Under the pieces are notes generated by a model. The model was not told where the DNA came from. It saw only the letters and a list, made by a program, of their open reading frames with translations, and did not search any database. From Eledone cirrhosa (lineage: Eukaryota): DNA of 64,000 nt. Shown here piece by piece: positions 52,701-64,000 of this stretch (its first letter is position 1; each line of letters opens with the position of its first letter). The translations under genes and the position numbers were made by a program. The stretch covers positions 257,610,001 to 257,674,000 of the forward strand of contig OZ024741.1 in assembly GCA_964016885.1 (NCBI GenBank), written 5' to 3'.

Positions 52701-55700
52701 GCCTCTGACAACACCATACTCTACCTCACCGAGGAAGTCTACCTTGCCTCTGACATCACCATCTTCTACCCCACCGAGGAAGTCTACCTTGCCTCTGTCA
52801 ACACCATCCTCTACCTCACCGAGGAAGTCTACCTTGCCTCTGACATCACCATCCTCTACCCCACCGAGGAAGTCTACCTTGCCTCTGACAACACCATACT
52901 CTACCTCACCGAGGAAGTCTACCTTGCCTCTGACATCACCATCCTCTACCCCACCGAGGAAGTCTACCTTGCCTCTGTCAACACCATCCTCTACCTCACC
53001 GAGGAAGTCTACCTAGCCTCTGACAACACCATCCTCTACCCCACCGAGGAAGTCTACCTTGCCTCAGTCAACACCATCCTCTTCCCCACCGAGGAAGTCA
53101 ACCTTGCCTCTGTCAACACCATCCTCTACCCCACCGAGGAAGTCTACCTTGCCTCTGACATCACCATCCTCTACCCCACCGAGGAAGTCTACCTTGCCTC
53201 TGGTTAAACCATCCTCTACCCCAACGAGGAAGTCTACCTTGCCTCTGTCAACACCATCCTCTACCCCACTGAGGAAGTCAACCTTGCCTCTGATGACACC
53301 ATCCTCTACCCCACCGAGGAAGTCAACCTTGCCTCTGTCAACACCATCCTCTACCCCACCGAGGAAGTCTACCTTGCCTCTGACATCACCATCCTCTACC
53401 CCACCGAGGAAGTCTACCTTGCCTCTGACATCACCATCCTCTACTACACCGAGGAAGTCTACCTTGCCTCTGACAACACCATCCTCTACCCCACCGAGGA
53501 AGTCTACCTTGCCTCTGTCAACACCATCCTCTACCCCACCGAGGAAGTCTACCTTGCCTCTGACATCACCATCCTCTACCCCACCGAGGAAGTCTACCTT
53601 GCCTCTGACATCACCATCCTTTACCCCACCGAGGAAGTCTACCTTGCCTCTGACAACACCATCCTCTACCCCACTGAGGAAGTCTACCTTGCCTCTGGTG
53701 ACACGATCCTCTACCTCACCGAGGAAGACTAAATTGCCTGTGACAACACCATCCTCTACCCCACCGAGGAAGTCTACCTGGCCTCTGACAACACCATCCT
53801 CTATCCCACCGAGGAAGTCTACCTTGCCTCTGGTGACACCATCCTCTACACCACCGAGGAAGTCTAACTGGCCTCTGTCAACACCATCCTCTACATCACC
53901 GAGGAAGTCTACCTTGCCTCTGACAACACCATCCTCTACCCCACCGAGGAAGTCTACCTTGCCTCTGACAACACCATACTCTACCTCACCGAGGAAGTCT
54001 ACCTTGCCTCAGTCAACACCATCCTCTACCCCACCGAGGAAGTCTACATTGCCTCTGACAACACCATCTTCTACCTCACCGAGGAAGTCTACCTTGCCTC
54101 TGTCAACACCATCCTCTACCCCACCGAGGAAGTCTAACTTGCCTCTGTCAACACCATCCTCTACCCCGCCGAGGAAGTCTACCTTGCCTCTGTCAACACC
54201 ATCCTCTACCCTACCGAGGATATCTACCTTGCCTCTGACAACACCATCCTCTACCCCACCGAGGAAGCCTACCTTGCCTCTGTCAACACCATCTTCTACC
54301 CCGCCAAGGAAGTCTACATTGCCTCTGGTGAAAACATCCTCTACCCCACCGAGGAAGTCTACCTTGCCTCTGTCAACACCATCCTCTACCCCGCCAAGGA
54401 AGTCTACCTTGCCTCTGGTGAAAACATCCTCTACCCCACCGAGGAAGTCTACCTTGCCTCAGTCAACACCATCCTCTACCCCACCAAGGAAGTCTACCTT
54501 GCCTTTTGTTAAAAGATCCTCTACCCCAACGAGGAAGTCTACCTTGCCTCTGATGACACCATCCTCTACCCCACCGAGAAAGTCAACCTTGCCTCTGATG
54601 ACACCATCCTCTACCCCACCGTGGAAGTCAACCTTGCCTCTGTCAACACCATCCTCTACTCCACCGAGGAAGTCTACCTTGCCTCTGGTTAAACCATCCT
54701 CTACCCCAACGAGGAAGTCTAACTTGCCTCTGACAACACCATCCTTTACCCCACCAAGGAAGTCTACTTTGCCTCTATTGACACCATCCTCTACCCCACC
54801 GAGGAAGTCTACCTTGCCTCTGACATCACCATCCTCTACCCCACCGAGGAAGTCTACCTTGCCTCTGACATCACCATCCTCTAGCCCACCGAAGAAGTCT
54901 ACCTTGCCTCTGACAACACCATCCTCTACCCCACCGAGGAAGTCTACCTTGCCTCTGACAACACCATCCTCTACCCCACCGAGGGAGTCTACATTGCCTC
55001 TGTCAACACCTACCTCTACCTCACCGAGGAAGTCTAACTTGCCTGTGATAACACCATCCTCTACCCCACCGAGGAAGTCTACCTTGCCTCTGACAACACC
55101 ATCCTCTACCCCACCGAGGAAGTCTACCTAGCCTCTGTCAACACGATCTTCTACCCCACCGAGGAAGTCTACCTTGCCTCTGACAACACCATCCTCTACC
55201 TTACCGAAGAAGTTACCTTGCCTCTGTCTACACCATCTTCTTCCCCACAGAGGAAGTCTACCTTGCCACAATCAAAACCATCCTCTACCCAACCGAGGAA
55301 GTCTACCTTGCCTCTAACAACACCATTCTCGACCTCACCGAGGAAGTCTACCTTGCCTCTGACAACACCATCCTCTACCCAACCGAGGAAGTCTACCTTG
55401 CCTCTAACAACACCATTCTCGACATCACCGAGGAAGTCTACCTTGCCTCTGACAACACCTACCTCTACCTCACCGAGGAAGTCTAACTTGCCTGTGATAA
55501 CACCATCCTCTACCCCACCGAGGAAGCCTACCTTGCCTCTATCAACACCATCCTCTACCCTGCCGAGGAAGTCTACCTTGCCTCTGGTGAAAACATCCTC
55601 TACCCCACCGAGGAAGTCTACCTTGCCTCTGACAACACCATCCTCTACCCCACCGAGGAAGTCTACATTGCCTCTGTCAACACCTACCTCTACCTCACCG

Positions 55701-58700
55701 AGGAAGTCTAACTTGCCTGTGATAACACCATCCTCTACCCTACCGAGGAAGCCTACCTTGCCTCTATCAACACCATCCTCTACCCTGCCGAGGAAGTCTA
55801 CCTTGCCTCTGGTGAAAACATCCTCTACACCACCGAGGAAGTCTACCTTGCCTCTGTCAACACCATCCTCTACCTCACCGAGGAAGTCTACTTTGCCTCT
55901 GGTGACACCATCCTCTACCTCACCGAAGAAGTCTACCTTGCCTCTGTCCACAACATCCTCTACCCCACCGAGGAAGTCTACCTTGCCTCTGGTTAAACCA
56001 TCCTCTACCCCAACGAAGAAGTCTACCTTGCCTCTGATGACACCATCCTCTACCCCACCAAGGAAGTCAACCTTGCCTCTGTCAACACCATCCTCTACCC
56101 CACCGAGGAAGTCTACCTTGCCTCTGACATCACCATCCTCTACCCCACCGAGGAACTCTACCTTGCCTCTGACATCACCATCCTCTAGCCCACCGAGGAA
56201 GACTACCTTGCCTCTGACAACACCATCCTCTACCCCACTGAGGAAGTCTACCTTGCCTCTGGTGACACGATCCTCTACCTCACCGAGGAAGTCTACCTTG
56301 CCTCTGACAACACCATCCTCTACCCCACCGAGGAAGCCTACCTTGCCTCTGTCAACACCATCCTCTACCCCACCGAGGAAGTCTACCTGGCCTCTGACAA
56401 CACCATCCTCTACCCCACCGAGGAAGTCTACCTTGCCTCTGTCAACACCATCCTCTACCCCACCGAGGAAGTCTACCTTGCCTCTGTCAACACCATCCTC
56501 TACCTCACCGAGGAAGTCTACCTTGCCTCTAACAACACCATCCTCTACCCCACCGAGGAAGTCTACCTTGCCTCTGACAACACCATACTCTACCTCACCG
56601 AGGAAGTCTACCTTGCCTCTGTCAACACCATCCTCTACCTCACCGAGGAAGTCTACCTTGCCTCTGTCAACACTATCCTCTACCCCGCCGAGGAAGTCTA
56701 CCTTGCCTCTGTCAACACCATCCTCTACCCTACCGAGGATATCTACCTTGCCTCTGACAACACCATCCTCTACCCCACCGAGGAAGCCTACCTTGCCTCT
56801 GTCAACACCATCTTCTACCCCGCCAAGGAAGTCTACATTGCCTCTGGTGAAAACATGCTCTACCCCACCGAGGAAGTCTACCTTGCCTCTGTCAACACCA
56901 TCCTCTACCCCGCCAAGGAAGTCTACCTTGCCTCTTGTTAAAAGATCCTCTACCCCAACGAGGAAGTCTACCTTGCCTCTGATGACACCATCCTCTAACC
57001 CACCGAGAAAGTCAACCTTGCCTCTGATGACACCATCCTCTACCCCACCGTGGAAGTCAACCTTGCCTCTGTCAACACCATCCTCTACTCCACCGAGGAA
57101 GTCTACCTTGCCTCTGGTTAAACCATCCTCTACCCCAACGAGGAAGTCTAACTTGCCTCTGACAACACCATCCTTTACCCCACCAAGGAAGTCTACTTTG
57201 CCTCTATTGACACCATCCTCTACCCCACCGAGGAAGTCTACCTTGCCTCTGACATCACCATCCTCTACCCCACCGAGGAAGTCTACCTTGCCTCTGACAT
57301 CACCATCCTCTACCCCACCGAAGAAGTCTACCTTGCCTCTGACAACACCATTCTCTACCCCACCGAGGAAGTCTACCTTGCCTCTGGTGACACGATCCTC
57401 TACCCCACCGAGGAAGTCTACCTTGCCTCTGTCAACACCTACCTCTACCCCACTGAGGAAGTCTACCTTGCCTCTGGTGACACGATCCTCTAACTCACCG
57501 AGGAAGTCTACCTTGCCTCTGACAACACCATCCTCTACCCCACCGAGGAAGCCTACCTTGCCTCTGTCAACACCATCCTCTACCCCACCGAGGAAGTCTA
57601 CCTTGCCTCTGAGAACACCATCCTCTACCTTACCGAAGAAGTTACCTTGCCTCTGTCTACACCATCTTCTTCCCCACAGAGGAAGTCTACCTTGCCACAA
57701 TCAAAACCATCCTCTACCCAACCGAGGAAGTCTACCTTGCCTCTAACAACACCATTCTCGACCTCACCGAGGAAGTCTACCTTGCCTCTGACAACACCAT
57801 CCTCTACCCAACCGAGGAAGTCTACCTTGCCTCTAACAACACCATTCTCGACATCACCGAGGAAGTCTACCTTGCCTCTGACAACACCTACCTCTACCTC
57901 ACCGAGGAAGTCTAACTTGCCTGTGATAACACCATCCTCTACCCCACCGAGGAAGCCCACCTTGCCTCTATCAACACCATCCTCTACCCTGCCGAGGAAG
58001 TCTACCTTGCCTCTGGTGAAAACATCCTCTACCCCACCGAGGAAGTCTACCTTGCCTCTGATAACACCATCCTCTACCCCACCGAGGAAGTCTACATTGC
58101 CTCTGTCAACACCTACCTCTACCTCACCGAGGAAGTCTAACTTGCCTGTGATAACACCATCCTCTACCCTACCGAGGAAGCCTACCTTGCCTCTATCAAC
58201 ACCATCCTCTACCCTGCCGAGGAAGTCTACCTTGCCTCTGGTGAAAACATCCTCTACACCACCGAGGAAGTCTACCTTGCCTCTGTCAACACCATCCTCT
58301 ACCTCACCGAGGAAGTCTACTTTGCCTCTGGTGACACCATCCTCTACCTCACCGAAGAAGTCTACCTTGCCTCTGTCCACAACATCCTCTACCCCACCGA
58401 GGAAGTCTACCTTGCCTCTGGTTAAACCATCCTCTACCCGAACGAAGAAGTCTACCTTGCCTCTGATGACACCATCCTCTACCCCACCAAGGAAGTCAAC
58501 CTTGCCTCTGATGACACCATCCTCTACCCACCGAGGAAGTCAACCTTGCCTCTGTCAACACCATCCTCTAGCCCACCGAGGAAGTCTACCTTGCCTCTGA
58601 CATCACCATCCTCTACCCCACCGAGGAACTCTACCTTGCCTCTGACATCACCATCCTCTAGCCCACCGAGGAATTCTACCTTGCCTCTGACAACACCATC

Positions 58701-61700
58701 CTCTACCCCACTGAGGAAGTCTACCTTGCCTCTGGTGACACGATCCTCTACCTCACCGAGGAAGTCTACCTTGCCTCTGACAACACCATCCTCTACCCCA
58801 CCGAGGAAGCCTACCTTGCCTCTGTCAACACCATCCTCTACCCCACCGAGGAAGTCTACCTGGCCTCTGACAACACCATCCTCTACCCCACCGAGGAAGT
58901 CTACCTTGCCTCTGTCAACACCATCCTCTACCCCACCGAGGAAGTCTACCTTGCCTCTGTCAACACCATCCTCTACCTCACCGAGGAAGTCTACCTTGCC
59001 TCTAACAACACCATCCTCTACCCCACCGAGGAAGTCTACCTTGCCTCTGACAACACCATACTCTACCTCACCGAGGAAGTCTACCTTGCCTCTGTCAACA
59101 CCATCCTCTACCTCACCGAGGAAGTCTACCTTGCCTCTGTCAACACCATCCTCTACCCCGCCGAGGAAGTCTACCTTGCCTCTGACAACACCATCCTCTA
59201 CCCCACCGAGGTAGTCTACCTTGCCTCTGGTGACACCATCCTCTACCCCACCGAGGAAGTCTACCTTGCCTCTGGTGACACCATCCTCTACCCCACCTAG
59301 GAAGTCTACCTTGCCTCTGGTGACACCATCCTCTACACCACCGAGGAAGTCTACCTTGCCTCTAACAACACCATCCCCTACCCCACCGAGGAAGTCTACC
59401 TTGCTTCTGTCAACACTATCCTCTACCCCACCGAGGAAGTCTACCTTGCCTCTGATGACACCATCCTCTACCCCACCGAGGAAGTCTACCTTGCCTCTGA
59501 CAACACCATCCTCTACCCCACCTAGGAAGTCTACCTTGTGTCTGTCAACACCATCCTCTACCCCACCGAGGAAGTCTAACTTGCCTCTGGTGACACCATC
59601 CTCTACCCCACCGAGGAAGTCTACCTTGCCTCTGTCAACACCTTCCTCTACCCCACCGAGGAAGTCTAGCTTGCCTCTCTCATCATCATCCTCTACCCCA
59701 CCGAGGAAGTCTAACTTGCCTCTTGTGATACCATCCTCTACCCCACCGAGGAAGTCTACCTTGCCCCTGTCAACACCATCCTCTACCCTACCGAGGAAGT
59801 TTACCTTGCCACTGGTGACACCATCCTCTACCCCAACTAGGAAGTCTACCTTGCCTCTGATGACACCATCCTCTACCCCATCGAGGAAGTCTACCTTGCC
59901 TCTGGTGAAACCATCCTCTACCCAACCAATGAAGTCTACCTTGCTTCTGTCAACACCATCATCTACCCCAACTATGAAGTCTACCTTGCCTCTGACAACA
60001 CCATCCTCTACCCCACCAAGGAAGTCTACTTTGCCTATGTCAACAACATCCTCTACCCCACCGAGGAACTCTAACTTGCCTCTGATGACATCATCCTCTA
60101 CCCCACCGAAGAAGTCTACCTTGCCTCTTTTAAACCCATCCTCTACCCCGCCATGGAAGTCTACTTTGCCTCTCACAACACCATCCTCTACCCACCGAGG
60201 AATCTACCTTGCCTCTGTCAATACCATCCTCTACCCCACTGAGGAAGTCTATTTGCCTCTTGTGACACTATCCTCTACCCCACCGAGGAAGTCTACCTTG
60301 CCTCTGTCAACACCATCCTCTACCCCACCGAGGAAGTCTACTTACCTCTGGTGACACTATCCTCTACCCCGCCGAGGAAGTCTACCTTGCCTCTGATAAC
60401 CCCATACTCTACCCCACCGTAGAAGTCTATCTTGCCTCTGACAACACCATCCTCTACCCCACCGAGGAAGTTTACCTTGCCTCTGTCAACACCATCCTCT
60501 ACCCCATCGAGGAAGACTACCTTGCCTCTGGTGACACCATCCTCTAGCCCACCGAGGAAGTCTACCTTGCCTCAATCAACACCATCCTCTAGCCCAGCGA
60601 GTAAATCTACCTTGCCTCTGTCAACACCATCCTCTATCTCACCGAGGAAGTCTACCTTGCCTCTATCAACACGATCCTCTACCTCACCGACGAAGTCTAC
60701 CTTGCCTCTGTCAACACCATCCTCTACCCCACCGAGGAAGTCTACCTTGCCTCTGTCAACACGATCCTCTACCTCACCGACGATGTCTACCTTGCCTCTG
60801 ATGACACCATCCTCTACCCCACCGAGGAAGTCTACCTTGCCTCAATCAACACCATCCTCTAGCCCAGCGAGGAAGTCTACCTTGCCTCTGGTGAAACCAT
60901 CCTCTACCCCAACTATGAAATCTACCTTGCCTCTGTCAACACGATCCTCTACCTCAACGAGGAAGTCTACCTTGCCTCTGACAACACCATCCTCTACCCC
61001 ACCGAGGAAGCCTACCTTGCCTCTGTCAACACCATCCTCTACCCCACCGAGGAAGTCTAGATTGCCTCTGATGACACCATCCTCTACCTCACCAAGGAAG
61101 TCTACCTTGCCTCTGATGACACCATCCCCTACCCCACCGAGTAAATCTACCTTGCCTCTGTCAACACTATCCTCTACCCCACCGAGGAAGTCTACCTTGC
61201 CTCTGATGACACCATACTCTACCCCACCGAGGAAGTCTACCTCGCTCTGTCAACACCATCCTCTACCCCACCGAGGAAGTCTACCTTGCCTCTGTCAACA
61301 CCATCCTCTACCTCACCGAGGAAGTCTACCTAGCCTCTGACAACACCTTCCTCTACCCCACCGAGGAAGTCTACCTTGCCTCTGTCAACACCATCCTCTA
61401 CCTCACCGAGGAAGTCTACCTTGCCTCTGACATCACCATCCTCTACCCCGCCGAGGAAGTCTACCTTGCCTCTGACAACACCATACTCTACCTCACCGAG
61501 GAAGTCTACCTTGCCTCTGACATCACCATCCTCTACCCCACCGAGGAAGTCTACCTTGCCTCTGTCAACACCATCCTCTACCTCACCGAGGAAGTCTACC
61601 TAGCCTCTGACAACACCATCCTCTACCCCACCGAGGAAGTCTACCTTGCCTCAGTCAACACCATCCTCTTCCCCACCGAGGAAGTCAACCTTGCCTCTGT

Positions 61701-64000
61701 CAACACCATCCTCTACCCCACCGAGGAAGTCTACCTTGCCTCTGACATCACCATCCTCTACCCCACCGAGGAAGTCTACCTTGCCTCTGGTTAAACCTTC
61801 CTCTACCCCAACGAGGAAGTCTACCTTGCCTCTGTCAACACCATCCTCTACCCCACTGAGGAAGTCAACCTTGCCTCTGATGACACCATCCTCTACCCCA
61901 CCGAGGAAGTCAACCTTGCCTCTGTCAACACCATCCTCTACCCCACCGAGGAAGTCTACCTTGCCTCTGACATCACCATCCTCTACCCCACCGAGGAAGT
62001 CTACCTTGCCTCTGACATCACCATCCTCTACAACACCGAGGAAGTCTACCTTGCCTCTGACAACACCATCCTCTACCCCACCGAGGAAGTCTACCTTGCC
62101 TCTGTCAACACCATCCTCTACCCCACCGAGGAAGTCTACCTTGCCTCTGACATCACCATCCTCTACCCCACCGAGGAAGTCTACTTTGCCTCTGACATCA
62201 CCATCCTTTACCCCACCGAGGAAGTCTACCTTGCCTCTGACAACACCATCCTCTACCCCACTGAGGAAGTCTACCTTGCCTCTGGTGACACGATCCTCTA
62301 CCTCACCGAGGAAGACTAAATTGCCTGTGACAACACCATCCTCTACCCCACCGAGGAAGTCTACCTGGCCTCTGACAACACCATCCTCTATCCCACCGAG
62401 GAAGTCTACCTTGCCTCTGGTGACACCATCCTCTACACCACCGAGGAAGTCTAACTTGCCTCTGTCAACACCATCCTCTACATCACCGAGGAAGTCTACC
62501 TTGGCTCTGACAACACCATCCTCTACCCCACCGAGGAAGCCTACCTTGCCTCTGACAACACCATACTCTACCTCACCGAGGAAGTCTACCTTGCCTCAGT
62601 CAACACCATCCTCTACCCCACCGAGGAAGTCTACATTGCCTCTGACAACACCATCTTCTGCCCCGCCAAGGAAGTCTACATTGCCTCTGGTGAAAACATC
62701 CTCTACCCCACCGAGGAAGTCTACCTTGCCTCAGTCAACACCATCCTCTACCCCACCAAGGAAGTCTACCTTGCCTTTTGTTAAAAGATCCTCTACCCCA
62801 ACGAGGAAGTCTACCTTGCCTCTGATGACACCATCCTCTACCCCACCGAGAAAGTCAACCTTGCCTCTGATGACACCATCCTCTACCCCACCGTGGAAGT
62901 CAACCTTGCCTCTGTCAACACCATCCTCTACTCCACCGAGGAAGTCTACCTTGCCTCTGGTTAAACCATCCTCTACCCCAACGAGGAAGTCTAACTTGCC
63001 TCTGACAACACCATCCTTTACCCCACCAAGGAAGTCTACTTTGCCTCTATTGACACCATCCTCTACCCCACCGAGGAAGTCTACCTTGCCTCTGACAACA
63101 CCATCCTCTACCCCACCGAGGAAGTCTACCTCGCCTCTGTCAACACGATCTTCTACCCCACCGAGGAAGTCTACCTTGCCTCTGACAACACCATCCTCTA
63201 CCTTACCGAAGAAGTTACCTTGCCTCTGTTAACACCATCTTCTACCCCACCGAGGAAGTCTGCCTTGCCTCAATCAAAACCATCCTCTACCCCACCAAGG
63301 AAGTCTACCTTACCTCTGACAACACCATTCTCGACCTCACCGAGGAAGTCTACCATGCCTCTGACAACACCATCCTCTACCCCACCGAGGAAGTCTACCT
63401 TGCCTCTGACAACACCATCCTCTACCCCACCGAGGAATTCTACCTTGCCTCAGACAAAACCATCCTCTACCCCACCGAGAAAGTCTACCTTGCCTCTGTC
63501 AACACCATCCTCTACCTCACCGAGAAAGTCTACTTTGCCTCTGGTGACACCATCCTCTACCCTGCCGAGGAAGTCTACCTTGCCTCTGGTGACACCATCC
63601 TCTACCCCACTGAGGAAGTCTACCTTGCCTCTGTCAACACCATCCTCTACCCCACCGAGGAAGTCTACCTTGCCTCTGTCAACAACATCCTCTACCCCAC
63701 CGAGGAAGTCTACCTTGCCTCTGACAACACCATACTCTACCCCACCGAGGAAGTCTACCTTGCCTCTGTCAACACCATCCTCTACCCCACCGAGGAAGTT
63801 TACCTTGCCTCTGTCAACACCATCCTCTACCTCACCGAGGAAGTCTACCTTGCCTCTGACAACACCATCCTCTACCCCACCGAGGAAGTCTACCTTGCCT
63901 CTGTCAACACCATCCTCTACCCCACCGAGGAAGTCTACCTTGCCTCTGTCAACACGATCCTCTACCCCACCGAGGAAGTCTACCTTGCCTCTGTCAACAC
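43754..64000. repeat. 45-bp satellite array (>20 kb, about 450 monomers) with higher-order duplications
   Basis: Consensus cctctgacaacaccatcctctaccccaccgaggaagtctaccttg; continues to the window end. Confidence 0.98.

Noticed and set aside
43754-64000. CRISPR-like array or bona fide mucin gene
   Set aside because: No unique spacers and eukaryotic context; stops and frameshifts are propagated through the array and no splice context was seen.

Overview
Eukaryotic, AT- and microsatellite-rich animal DNA; the repeat content looks like a coleoid cephalopod (octopus-like), which is an inference. One host gene runs on the minus strand as 8 phase-1 exons (43013 to 12429, about 411 codons in total). 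It encodes EGF-like repeats alternating with a divergent galactose-binding-like domain and an F-type lectin (F5/8C) domain; its start is not in the exons found. The introns and flanks hold decayed retroelements (L1/Tx1, several RTE lineages including a near full-length BovB-like copy, R4/Dong-like, a Penelope-like GIY-YIG fragment, a Gypsy LTR plus gag), tRNA-SINEs, non-autonomous Helitrons and 17-bp and 68-bp minisatellites. A 45-bp satellite of more than 20 kb (43754 to the window end) has higher-order structure. The most striking signal is a dispersed, tandem and inverted ~425-430-bp hairpin-rich repeat. Each unit carries a minimal type I hammerhead ribozyme with a palindromic loop 3 and a conserved octamer motif, i.e. 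a candidate non-LTR retrozyme (circular-RNA-forming) family. It repeatedly abuts RTE fragments and co-occurs with five Penelope-type hammerhead motifs. All structures were read by eye; no folding or database search was run.
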